Assembly: GCA_046086425.1 (NCBI GenBank)
Contig: JBJSXO010000060.1
Coordinates: 1-44,295, forward strand
Length of the DNA stretch: 44,295 bases
Direction of reading: 5' to 3'
Source of the DNA: Actinomycetota bacterium
GTDB taxonomy: Bacteria > Actinomycetota > Acidimicrobiia > IMCC26256 > PALSA-555
In this document: positions 24,319 to 33,150 of the stretch, one piece after another
Position numbering within the stretch: position 1 is the stretch's first letter
Layout of the letters: each line of letters begins with the position of its first letter
Notes under the pieces: model-generated
What the model saw: only the letters and a program-made list of their open reading frames with translations
Database searches by the model: none
Told to the model about the DNA's origin: nothing
Program-made: the position numbers and the translations under genes

Positions 24319-27147
24319 CTAGAGCGCAGCCACTGCGTCGAGGAGTCGTTGCGCCTCCTCGTCGTCGAGGCCGGCCTGCTCGATGAGCTCCTGCACACTG
24401 AGGGCACCGACGACGTCGGCCCCACCGACCGCCATGACCTTGACTCCCACGCTGATGATGACATCCATCACGATCGGATCGACCGCGACGTCGCTCATCA
24501 GGCTGTGCGGGCCCGGGCGCATTGCGAACGTCCCCGGGAGCCATTCGGCCAGGGTTGCCGGATCGAGCGGCACCGTCCAGGAGTGCGACCCGGCGCCGAC
24601 GTCGAGGCGTTCGCCGTCGCCTCCGGGGACGATCACCGAGGCTCGGGTGTTGGGCGGCACGGTGACGTCGAGCGTGAGGGCCTCGTCGACGATCGCCCAG
24701 CCGACCGCGGCGATTCCGTGGGGTGTGTCGACCCGGGCCTGCGCGGAGGTGAGGTCGCCGCCGGGACGGGGCTCGACCCGGAACCGGCGCCAGCCGGGCT
24801 CGCTCGGATCGGGGCGCAACCCGGCCACCGCGTGGTAGAGCCACGCCCCGATCGCGCCGAACGCGTAGTGGTTGAACGACAGCATCTCACCGGGGTTGAG
24901 CGATCCGTCGGGGCGGAGGGCGTCCCAGCGCTCCCAGATCGTCGTGGCGCCTTGCTCCACGGCGTAGAGCCACGACGGGCACCTGCGGTTGAGCAGGACG
25001 CGGTACGCGAGATCCGGCCGGCCGTGGTCGGCGAGGGTCGCGCACACCCACGGCGTGCCGAGGAACCCGGTGCCGATGCGGTACCCCTCGCGGCGGACTG
25101 CGGCGGCGAACCGCTCGATCGCGCCTCTCCGCTGGTCTTCGTTCAGCAGATCGAAGGCCAACGCGATCGCGTAGCCGGTCTGGGTCTCGCCGATCACCCG
25201 CCCGTTCGGCGTCGTGAACTCGTCGGCGAACGTCCGGACGACGCGCTCGCCGATCTCGGCATAGCTGTGGGCAGTGTCGGCGTCCCCCAGCACGGCCGCG
25301 GCGGCGCCGACGAGCCGGGCCGAGTGCGCGAAGAACGCCGTGGCGAGCAGGTCGGGGTCGGTGCGCGCCTTGCTGGGATCATCGGGCGGCGCCGCGGGAT
25401 CGAGCCAGTCACCGAACTGGAAGTCGCCCGACCAGATCAGGTCGTCGCCGGCGCGCTGGGCCTCGCAGTCCACCCAGGCCCGCATCGACGCGAGCTGCCG
25501 GGCGAGGAGGGCCCGGTCGGCGTAGGCGCCGTAGAGCGTCATGGGCAAGATGGTGGCCACGTCACCCCATCCGCACGTCGGACCAGCCATCCCCTCCAGG
25601 ACCGCGGGGACCACGTAGGGCACCGTGCCGTCGGCGGTCTGCTCCGCGGCGAGGTCGGCCAGCCAGCTCGCAAGCACACCGGACACGTCGTAGAGGAGGG
25701 TCGCCGTCGGTCCGAACACCTGGATGTCGCCGGTCCAACCGAGCCGCTCGCTGCGCTGCGGACAGTCGGTCGGGAGATCCAGGAAGTTGCCGCGCATCCC
25801 CCAGACGATGTTCTCGTGGAGCTGGTTGACCAGATCGTTCGAGCACGCGAACCAGCCAGTGCGCGTCATGTCGGAGTGGACCACGACGGCCTCGATCGAG
25901 TCGGCAGTCAGCGCACCCGGCCATCCGGAGACCCCGGCGTAACGGAAGCCGTGGAACGTGAAGCGGGGCTCCCACGTCTCTCCCCCGGGGTCGCCCCGCA
26001 GGGTGTACTCGTCGGTGGCGCGGGCAGCCCGCAGGGGTCGCACGGCGAGCTCGCCGTCCTCGAGGACCTCGGCGTGGCGGATGACGACCGTCGTGCCCGC
26101 CGGTCCGCGGACCCGAAGGCGAACCCAGCCCACGAGGTTCTGCCCGAAGTCGACGATTGTCTCACCCGACGGCGCCGTCGACACCGAGACCGCCGCAACC
26201 GTCTCCACGCGCCGAACCGGCGGGCCAGGTGGGGCGCAGAGCGTCGTGAGGTCGCGCGCGACCGCTTCGACCGCGCCCCAGCTCGTGTCGTCGTACCCCG
26301 GCTGCGACCAGTGGTCGAGCTGGCGGCGGGCGTCGTAGGTCTCGCCGTTGTAGAGGTCGGCCGCGCGTATCGGCCCGGTGTCGGTCGTCTTCCAGCCGGC
26401 ATCGGTTGCCACCGTCACCCGGCGGCCGTCGGTGTAGGTGACCTCGAGCTGGGCGATGAGGGCGAGCCGGTCCGTGTAGCGGGCGCGGGTCTCGATGAGA
26501 TTGCCTCGGGCCCACCCGTCGGCCAGGACGGCGCCGATGGCGTTCTCACCGGGGAGCAACAGATCGGTGACGTCATGGGTCTGCACGCGCAAGCGGTGGT
26601 CGTAACTCGACCAGCCCGGTGCGAGGACGTGGTCGCCCACTCGACGCCCGTTGCACTCGACCTCGTACACGCCGAGGGCACTCACGTAGAGCCGGGCGTG
26701 GGCGACCTCCCCGTCGATCGCGAACGGGCGTCGGAGGTACGGCGACGGGCGGGTTCCCGAGACCCCACCGTCGTCGACCGCCGGCGTGATGAACCGCGCT
26801 GACCAGTCGTCCGGCGTGAGCAGACCCAGCTCGAAACGCGCGTCGTCGGCCCAGGGTGTCGGGTCGGCCGTCGGGTCCGGACCCCAGACCCGGACGCGCC
26901 AGCGGCACCGCTGGCGCGCGGAGAGCGGCGGGCCACCCCAGTCGACCAGCACCGCGTCGGGCCCGTCGATACGACCCGACGACCAGACGGCCTGACCCGT
27001 GTCGTCGTCGACGACCTCGATCTCGTAGGCCGACTGATGCCAGTCGGGCTGGTCGGTCACCGTGCGCCACGACAGACGCGGACGCACGGCGTCGATCCCG
27101 ATCGGGTTCTTGAGGTACTCGCACCGGAGCCCGGTGACCGTGGTCAC
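24319..27147 (-). CDS. Alpha-L-rhamnosidase, glycoside hydrolase family 78
   Basis: LRCEYLKNPIGIDAVRPRLSW, YEVECNGRRVGDHVLAPGWSSYDHRL, DCPQRSERLGWTGD and TTIWERWD. The GTG at 27147 (AGGTGA 7 nt upstream) is preferred. Alternative starts are GTG 27168 and ATG 27222; the latter overlaps the upstream gene. Confidence 0.85.
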   Translation of the reverse strand: MTTVTGLRCEYLKNPIGIDAVRPRLSWRTVTDQPDWHQSAYEIEVVDDDTGQAVWSSGRIDGPDAVLVDWGGPPLSARQRCRWRVRVWGPDPTADPTPWADDARFELGLLTPDDWSARFITPAVDDGGVSGTRPSPYLRRPFAIDGEVAHARLYVSALGVYEVECNGRRVGDHVLAPGWSSYDHRLRVQTHDVTDLLLPGENAIGAVLADGWARGNLIETRARYTDRLALIAQLEVTYTDGRRVTVATDAGWKTTDTGPIRAADLYNGETYDARRQLDHWSQPGYDDTSWGAVEAVARDLTTLCAPPGPPVRRVETVAAVSVSTAPSGETIVDFGQNLVGWVRLRVRGPAGTTVVIRHAEVLEDGELAVRPLRAARATDEYTLRGDPGGETWEPRFTFHGFRYAGVSGWPGALTADSIEAVVVHSDMTRTGWFACSNDLVNQLHENIVWGMRGNFLDLPTDCPQRSERLGWTGDIQVFGPTATLLYDVSGVLASWLADLAAEQTADGTVPYVVPAVLEGMAGPTCGWGDVATILPMTLYGAYADRALLARQLASMRAWVDCEAQRAGDDLIWSGDFQFGDWLDPAAPPDDPSKARTDPDLLATAFFAHSARLVGAAAAVLGDADTAHSYAEIGERVVRTFADEFTTPNGRVIGETQTGYAIALAFDLLNEDQRRGAIERFAAAVRREGYRIGTGFLGTPWVCATLADHGRPDLAYRVLLNRRCPSWLYAVEQGATTIWERWDALRPDGSLNPGEMLSFNHYAFGAIGAWLYHAVAGLRPDPSEPGWRRFRVEPRPGGDLTSAQARVDTPHGIAAVGWAIVDEALTLDVTVPPNTRASVIVPGGDGERLDVGAGSHSWTVPLDPATLAEWLPGTFAMRPGPHSLMSDVAVDPIVMDVIISVGVKVMAVGGADVVGALSVQELIEQAGLDDEEAQRLLDAVAAL

Positions 27148-27184
27148 CCGACCGTCACCTCGCGTCACCGCGCGAGACGAGCCG

Positions 27185-28441
27185 TCACTTGGCGCTCTTG
27201 ACGCCGACGGGCTCGGCGTCATCGGGGCTCTCGTCTGTTGCCGAGTTGTACCGCGTCAGCTTGACGGGAAGCGCCAGCGCATGGGTCTTGGAGTCGTACG
27301 CGACCTTCCCGTACCCGGGGAGGTCGATCACGCCCAGCTTCTTGCCGGCCTTGCCGAACGACGCCACGGTGAGGTTCTTCCCGGCCCCCGTCGCCATTGC
27401 GGCGAAGAGACCCAGGTTGAAGCATGCGTTCTGGGCCGAGATGTCGGGGTTCGGAAGCCTGTCGTCGGTGATCGTCTCGGCCGGCGGGATCTGCGTGCCG
27501 GTCTTGGCCTCGATCACCCCGATGCACCGCCGATACCCGGGCTCGTCGGGGTCACGTGCCGGTCCTCCGCTAAGCGCGCCTTCGAGGACGCTCTTGCTGT
27601 GCTGCGGGTTCTCCACGTACCCGAGGTAGGTCTCACGGTCCGTCGCGATGAGGCGCGGTCGGTAGTCGGTCTTCTCGAGCGCCTGGGCGAACGTGACGAA
27701 GGCGTTCCCGGCCACGACCACGGTGTCGATCCCCTGGGACTTGAATCGCTCGGCGATGACTCCCGCCTGCTGCTGCGCGGCGACCGTGTCGTTGGCGGCC
27801 ACGTCGATGAGCGCGGTGGTGGCCTTCACCTTGTTGCGCTTGAGCGCGGGGAGGATCACGCCGTCGATCAGGGCCTTTTGCCCCGCGGTCCCGACCACGC
27901 CGACCTTCGCCTTCTTGAACACGCCCTCGGACGCCACTCCGTCGATCACCTGGTTGACCGTGCCGTCACCGGCGTTCGGCGAGTACCAGGGCGCCTGCGC
28001 GCGAGCCAGGTAGTCGGTGGTGATGTTCCCACCGACGACCGGCGTCCCGTTCTGCTCGACGAAGCACAGCGGCGTGTCGTTCTGGAAGAAGCCCACGACA
28101 GCGAACACCGGCGTGTCCTGGGTGAGCTTGACGCATGCGGCCTCGGCCGAAGCCGTTCCCACGGGGTTGACCGGAGCGAACACCAACTTGAGCCTGCGCC
28201 CGTTGATCCCGCCCTTCGCGTTGATGTCGTCGGCGACCGCCTTGTACGCGGCCTCGTAGTCGCCGTGGTCGAGCTGGACGATGTCCCGGATCGCCTTGAG
28301 GTCGACGTACGTCACGCCGACGGTGATCTCGTCCTTGGTGACTCCCGGCGTCGAGGCGCTCTGGGCATGGGCACCCGACGCCTGCAGGACGAATCCTGCG
28401 GAGAGTGCGAGCGCAGTGCCGATCGCAGCGAGCTTCTTCAC
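27185..28441 (-). CDS. ABC-transporter substrate-binding protein, Leu/Ile/Val (LivJ, Peripla_BP_6)-type; no cognate permease or ATPase in the window
   Basis: Signal peptide KKLAAIGTALALSAGFVLQASGAHA. EITVGVTYVDL...AAYKAVADDINAKGGINGRRLKLV is typical of type-I branched-chain binding proteins. The GTG at 28441 follows GGGGGGA; an ATG at 28456 is also possible. Confidence 0.75.
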   Translation of the reverse strand: MKKLAAIGTALALSAGFVLQASGAHAQSASTPGVTKDEITVGVTYVDLKAIRDIVQLDHGDYEAAYKAVADDINAKGGINGRRLKLVFAPVNPVGTASAEAACVKLTQDTPVFAVVGFFQNDTPLCFVEQNGTPVVGGNITTDYLARAQAPWYSPNAGDGTVNQVIDGVASEGVFKKAKVGVVGTAGQKALIDGVILPALKRNKVKATTALIDVAANDTVAAQQQAGVIAERFKSQGIDTVVVAGNAFVTFAQALEKTDYRPRLIATDRETYLGYVENPQHSKSVLEGALSGGPARDPDEPGYRRCIGVIEAKTGTQIPPAETITDDRLPNPDISAQNACFNLGLFAAMATGAGKNLTVASFGKAGKKLGVIDLPGYGKVAYDSKTHALALPVKLTRYNSATDESPDDAEPVGVKSAK

Positions 28442-28454
28442 GGTGTCCCCCCAC

Positions 28455-28510
28455 ATGTGCGGTCTTGATGCGCAGTCTCGATGTGCGGTCTTGCGATATA
28501 ACGACGTTAT
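28455..28510. repeat. 13-bp direct repeat (ATGTGCGGTCTTG x2) plus an AT-rich palindrome ATAACGaCGTTAT in the lldD2-SBP gap
   Basis: The repeats are at 28455-28467 (which includes the possible ATG at 28456 on the minus strand) and 28481-28493. The palindrome is at 28498-28510, directly after the lldD paralog stop. Confidence 0.5.
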
Positions 28511-28511
28511 C

Positions 28512-29771
28512 TCACAGGTTCACACAGCGCAAACACGGCGCGTCCGACACCATGGCCCGGTCAAGCGCCGCCGGGGAGGTCACCCCGAGCAGCGCCAGCG
28601 TGCGCCGCACCCCGGCGTCGAACAGGCCCAGCACATGATCCACACCCCGTTCCCCCGCGGCTCCCAGGCCGTAGAGATAGGCGCGACCGGCCATCGCCGC
28701 ATGCGCACCCAGCGCCACGGCCTTCACGACGTCGCTCCCCCGCCGCACGCCGCCGTCGCAGATCACGACCATCCGGTCATCCACGGCATCGACGATGGAG
28801 GGAAGGACGTCGACCGCCGCCGGGACCCCGTCGAGTTGGCGCCCTCCATGGTTGGAAACCACCACGCCGTCCACCCCGGCATCCGCCGCGCGGCGGGCAT
28901 CACGTGGCGTCTGGATGCCCTTCACCAGAATCGGTCCCGACCAGATCCCTCGCAGCCAGTCGAGATCCGACCATGACAGCGTGGGATCGAACTGCGCGTT
29001 GATGTAGTCGGAGAGGTTCACCGGATGCGATCCGTCTCCGGCATCGCCATCGGCCCCGACGACGTTCGCGAAGCGGATCGGCTCTGAGCGAAGGAAGCGC
29101 AGCGTCCATCCGGGGTGTCGGGCTCCGTCCAGCACCGTCTCCCACCCGATGGTCGGCGGCAACGTGAACCCGCGACGCACGTCCCGCTCACGGCGTCCGA
29201 ACACCGCGGTGTCGACGGTCAGGACGAGGCCGTGGAACTGCGCCGCATCGGCGCGCTCCACCATCGACCGCACGAGCCCGCGGTCCCGCCACATGTAGAC
29301 CTGGAACCAGTTGTCACCCTGCGGCGCGGCGTGCGCCACCTCCTCGATCGACCGGGTGCCGAGGGTCGACAGCACGTAGGGCAATCCAGCGCGCGCGGCT
29401 GCTCGAGCCACGGCCAGCTCGCCGGCGGCATCGGCGATCCGGGTGAAGCCCGTAGGCGCGAGGAACAAAGGGAAGGACAGACGGCGACCGAACAGCTCGA
29501 TCGCCGGATCGACGTCTCCGACGTCCTGCAGCACGGTCGGGTGAAACCGAAGGCGGTGGTAGGCGCGCGAGTTCTCACGCAGTGTGACCTCGTCCTCGGC
29601 TCCGCCGTCGATGTAGTCGAACACGCCTCGTGGGAGCCGCCGACGAGCCAGCTCCCGGAGGTCGGAGACGTCGGCCGCCCGCGCCAGCCTGCGCTCGGTT
29701 GCGTTGCCCGACGGCATCTCGAACCGCACCACCGACCGCAACGTCCGCACCATCTGCGGCACACCCGCCAT
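28512..29771 (-). CDS. lldD: FMN-dependent alpha-hydroxy-acid dehydrogenase, second LldD2-like paralog (419 aa)
   Basis: Colinear with 6199..7434 over the whole length (MAGVPQMVRTLRSV..., PRGVFDYIDGGAEDE, WFQVYMWRDRG, VVVSNHGGRQLDG, GRAYLYGLGAAGERGV). It has a short extra C-terminal tail, DAPCLRCVNL. Confidence 0.85.
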   Translation of the reverse strand: MAGVPQMVRTLRSVVRFEMPSGNATERRLARAADVSDLRELARRRLPRGVFDYIDGGAEDEVTLRENSRAYHRLRFHPTVLQDVGDVDPAIELFGRRLSFPLFLAPTGFTRIADAAGELAVARAAARAGLPYVLSTLGTRSIEEVAHAAPQGDNWFQVYMWRDRGLVRSMVERADAAQFHGLVLTVDTAVFGRRERDVRRGFTLPPTIGWETVLDGARHPGWTLRFLRSEPIRFANVVGADGDAGDGSHPVNLSDYINAQFDPTLSWSDLDWLRGIWSGPILVKGIQTPRDARRAADAGVDGVVVSNHGGRQLDGVPAAVDVLPSIVDAVDDRMVVICDGGVRRGSDVVKAVALGAHAAMAGRAYLYGLGAAGERGVDHVLGLFDAGVRRTLALLGVTSPAALDRAMVSDAPCLRCVNL

Positions 29772-29789
29772 GACGACTCCCGTCGAGAC

Positions 29790-29808
29790 TTGCTGTGAGG
29801 TTGCTGTG
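29790..29808. promoter_or_regulatory. Direct repeat TTGCTGTG x2 with 11-bp phasing in the lldD2/rhaEW divergent promoter region
   Basis: Copies at 29790-29797 and 29801-29808, within the 56-nt AT-richer gap 20 nt upstream of the rhaEW ATG. Candidate site for the DeoR-type regulator encoded at the operon end. Confidence 0.3.
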
Positions 29809-29827
29809 CGATTAGACAGTAGTCAAC

Positions 29828-31843
29828 ATGTTGCAGGAACTTCTCGACCGATCCCACCGCCTCGGGGCCGACAAGCGCATCACGAACTTCGCGGGGGGGA
29901 ACACCTCCGCGAAGCTCGTGGTCGAGGATCCGGTGACCGGGCGTGAGGTCCGCGTCCTCGCCGTGAAGGGGTCCGGCGGGGACCTCGGCAGCCTCACCGC
30001 AGACGGCGTCGCCCTCCTGGACCTCGATCGGGTCCTGGCCCTCGAGGCGCACTGGGACGCCGGTGCCACCGAGGCCGACATGGTCGCGCTCTACGACCAG
30101 TGTCGCTTCGGCCCCCCGGGAGCCCCGCCGTCGATCGACACGCCGCTGCACGCGCTCCTGCCCGTCCACCACATCGACCACGTGCATCCCGACGCCGTGA
30201 TCGCGCTCGCGACGGCGCGCGACGGACGCGCGCTCACCGAGGCGTGTTTCGGAGACGAGGCCGGGTGGCTCGATTGGCTTCGGCCCGGGTTCGAGCTCGG
30301 CCTCGCCCTGCGTGCGCAGTACCGCGCGAACCCGGCGCTGCGCGGAGTCGTCCTCGGGGGTCACGGGCTGATCTGCTGGGGCGAGACGGCGTCGGAGTGC
30401 GAGGCGACGACGCACGCGCTCATCGAGCGGGCCACCGCCTTCCTTGAGGCCGAGGGACGGCCTGAGCCCTTCGGCGCCCCGATCGGCGGCTGGTCATCTC
30501 TCTCTACCGACCGGGATGCGGCCGCCGCGCTGGCCCCGGCGGTGCGCGGGATCGCGTCGACGGACCGGCCGGTCGTGGGGCACTTCACCGACGCCCCCGT
30601 GGTCATGGAGCTCGTGAACTCCGAGGCGGCCCCGCGCCTCGCGGCACTCGGCACCTCGTGTCCGGACCACTTCCTTCGCACCAAGGTCGCCCCGTTGCTC
30701 GTGGACCTTCCTCCGTCTGCGTCGCTCGACGCGCGGGTGGCACGGCTCCGCGAGCGGCATGACGAATACCGGGAGACCTACCGGCGCTACTACGAGACCC
30801 ACGCCACCGACGCGTCGCCGCCGATGCGCGGCTCCGACCCGGTCGTCGTGCTCGTAACCGGTGTGGGCATGTGGAGCTTCGGCACCGACCCGGTGTCGGC
30901 GCGCATCGCCGGTGAGTTCTACGTCAACGCCATCAACGTCATGCGGGGTGCCGAAACAGTGTCGGCCTACGTGCCGATCTCCGACGCCGAGAAGTTCGGG
31001 GTCGAGTACTGGGATCTCGAGGAGCGCAAGCTGCGTGCTCGTCCGCCCCTGCCCCCGCTCGCCGGCCGGGTCGCGCTTGTGACCGGAGGGGCATCGGGCA
31101 TCGGCCGTGCCGTCGCCACCGCCCTGGCCGGGGTGGGCGCCGCAGTGGTCGTGGCCGATCGCGACGGCGACGGAGCGGCGAAGGTCGTGGGGGAAATCGG
31201 CGACGAGCGGGCCCTGGCCGTCACCGTCGACGTCACCGACGAGAACGCGGTCGACGCGGCTTTTGCCGCCGCAGCGCTTCGCTTCGGTGGAGTCGACCTG
31301 GTCGTGAACAACGCGGGCCTGGCCGCCGCCGCACCCCTGGTCGACACCACGACCGAGGTCTGGGACCGCCTGCACGACGTGATGGCCCGCGGCTCGTTCC
31401 TGGTGAGCCGCGCCGCCGCCCGGACCATGACCGCCGCCGGCACCGGCGGCGACATCGTCTACATCGTGTCGAAGAACGCGGTGGCCGCCGGGACCGGCAA
31501 CGTCGCCTACTCCGCGGCGAAGGCCGACCAGGCCCACCAGGTCCGGCTTCTCGCCGCCGAGCTCGGCACCCACGGGATCCGGGTCAACGGCGTGAACCCC
31601 GACGGCGTGGTCCAGGGGTCGGGCATCTTCGACTCGGAGTGGCGGACCCAACGGGCCGCGGCCTACGGCGTCGAGCCCGACCGACTCGGAGAGTTCTACG
31701 CGTCGCGGACGCTGCTCGGCCGGGAGGTCCTTCCCGAGCACGTGGCCGACGCCGTCGTCGCACTGGTCGACGGACGGCTCTCGCGCACCACCGGCCTGAT
31801 CCTGCCCGTCGACGGCGGCGTCGCCGGGGCATTCCTCCGGTGA
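29828..31843 (+). CDS. rhaEW: Bifunctional rhamnulose-1-phosphate aldolase / short-chain dehydrogenase (lactaldehyde dehydrogenase), 671 aa
   Basis: N-terminal class II aldolase-like domain (NFAGGNTSAK...VKGSGGDLG...HIDHVHPD). C-terminal SDR domain (VALVTGGASGIGRA, NNAG, YSAAKA). Confidence 0.85.
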   Translation: MLQELLDRSHRLGADKRITNFAGGNTSAKLVVEDPVTGREVRVLAVKGSGGDLGSLTADGVALLDLDRVLALEAHWDAGATEADMVALYDQCRFGPPGAPPSIDTPLHALLPVHHIDHVHPDAVIALATARDGRALTEACFGDEAGWLDWLRPGFELGLALRAQYRANPALRGVVLGGHGLICWGETASECEATTHALIERATAFLEAEGRPEPFGAPIGGWSSLSTDRDAAAALAPAVRGIASTDRPVVGHFTDAPVVMELVNSEAAPRLAALGTSCPDHFLRTKVAPLLVDLPPSASLDARVARLRERHDEYRETYRRYYETHATDASPPMRGSDPVVVLVTGVGMWSFGTDPVSARIAGEFYVNAINVMRGAETVSAYVPISDAEKFGVEYWDLEERKLRARPPLPPLAGRVALVTGGASGIGRAVATALAGVGAAVVVADRDGDGAAKVVGEIGDERALAVTVDVTDENAVDAAFAAAALRFGGVDLVVNNAGLAAAAPLVDTTTEVWDRLHDVMARGSFLVSRAAARTMTAAGTGGDIVYIVSKNAVAAGTGNVAYSAAKADQAHQVRLLAAELGTHGIRVNGVNPDGVVQGSGIFDSEWRTQRAAAYGVEPDRLGEFYASRTLLGREVLPEHVADAVVALVDGRLSRTTGLILPVDGGVAGAFLR

Positions 31844-31863
31844 GCGGAACGAGGGGGACGACG

Positions 31864-33150
31864 ATGCGCATCACGGAAGCGGCGATCCGGACCGTCGAGG
31901 CGTCGCTCCTCGCCGACCACGAGCGCGACCTCGACCACGCGTGCGCACAGGCGACGAGAATCGGCGTCGATCCGGAGCCGCTGATCACCGAGGTCCAGCG
32001 CTTCTCGGTCGCCGCACCCTCATGGGCGGTCGGGACCGGTAGCACCCGCTTCGGTCGCTTCCCGGGCGGCGGCGAGCCGCGTACGACCGAAGAGAAGATC
32101 GACGACGTGGCCGCATTGCACGCGCTCACCGGCGCGAACCGCACGGTGAGCCTGCACGTGCCGTGGGACGATCCAGCCGATCCCGCCGCACTGCGCGCGT
32201 ACGCGACCGAGCTCGGGATCGGGTTCGACGCGATGAACTCCAACACCTTCCAGGACAACCCGTCGACGACGGGCGACGGGCTCGTGTCGTACAAGTTCGG
32301 CTCGTTCGCCCACCCCGACCCGACCGTGCGCAAGTTCGCCCTCGAGCACAACCTCGCGGTCGTCGAGCTCGGGGTGGCCCTCGGGGCGACGGCGATCACG
32401 GTGTGGCTCGGCGACGGCATGAACCATCCCGGGCAGGCTCGGTTCGTGGACCAGTTCGAACGGGTCGCCGAGGGTCTGCACGAGCTCCACGAGGCACTCC
32501 CCGCCGGGTGGGAGATGTACACCGAGCACAAGCCCTACGAGCCGTCGTTCTACGCGAGCGTGAACCCGGACTGGGGGTCGTCGCTCCTGCTCGCGGAGCG
32601 AGCCGGGCCCCGCGCCAAGTGCCTCGTGGACCTCGGGCACCACCTCCCCGGCACCAACATCGAGCAGGTGGTGAGCCGTCTGGCGATGGTCGGACGCCTC
32701 GGCGGGTTCCACTTCAACGACTCGAAGTACGGCGACGACGACCTGACCGTCGGCTCCATCAACCCGTTCCAGTTCTTCCTAGTCGCGGTCGAGCTCGTCG
32801 ACGTCGGCAACGGGCGCATGCCCGACATCGCCTACATGATCGACGCGTCGCACAACCTCAAGGACCCGCTCGAGGACCTCGCCCAGGCGACCGACCAGAT
32901 CCAGCTCGCCATCGCGCAGGCCCTCCTCGTCGACCGGGACGCCCTCCGATCGCACCAGGAGGGGTGCGACCCGGTGATGGCGGCCGAGACCCTTCACCGC
33001 GCGTCGCGCTTCGACGCCCGACCCTTCGTCGCGGAGGCCCGACGGCGCAACGGTGCCGCCCTCGACCCCGTGGGCACGTTCCGATCGCTCGGGTACCGCG
33101 CCGACACGATCGCCACCCGCGGGCACCACGGCGCTGCGACCGGGCTCTAG
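31864..33150 (+). CDS. rhaI: L-rhamnose isomerase, actinobacterial RhaI type (xylose-isomerase-like TIM barrel), 428 aa
   Basis: FSVAAPSWAVGTGSTRFGRFPGGGEPR, LHVPWD, EHKPYEP and DLGHH...GGFHFNDSKYGDDDL. The ATG at 31864 follows GAGGGGGA. Confidence 0.8.
   Translation: MRITEAAIRTVEASLLADHERDLDHACAQATRIGVDPEPLITEVQRFSVAAPSWAVGTGSTRFGRFPGGGEPRTTEEKIDDVAALHALTGANRTVSLHVPWDDPADPAALRAYATELGIGFDAMNSNTFQDNPSTTGDGLVSYKFGSFAHPDPTVRKFALEHNLAVVELGVALGATAITVWLGDGMNHPGQARFVDQFERVAEGLHELHEALPAGWEMYTEHKPYEPSFYASVNPDWGSSLLLAERAGPRAKCLVDLGHHLPGTNIEQVVSRLAMVGRLGGFHFNDSKYGDDDLTVGSINPFQFFLVAVELVDVGNGRMPDIAYMIDASHNLKDPLEDLAQATDQIQLAIAQALLVDRDALRSHQEGCDPVMAAETLHRASRFDARPFVAEARRRNGAALDPVGTFRSLGYRADTIATRGHHGAATGL

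Noticed and set aside
27148-27222. The ATG at 27222 as the GH78 start, giving a 38-nt overlap with the SBP gene
   Set aside because: The extra N-terminus (MTPSPSASRAPSDGSSRA...) is low-complexity, and the conserved GH78 N-terminal sequence begins right after the GTG at 27147, which has a Shine-Dalgarno-like AGGTGA. The longer form cannot be excluded without experimental data.
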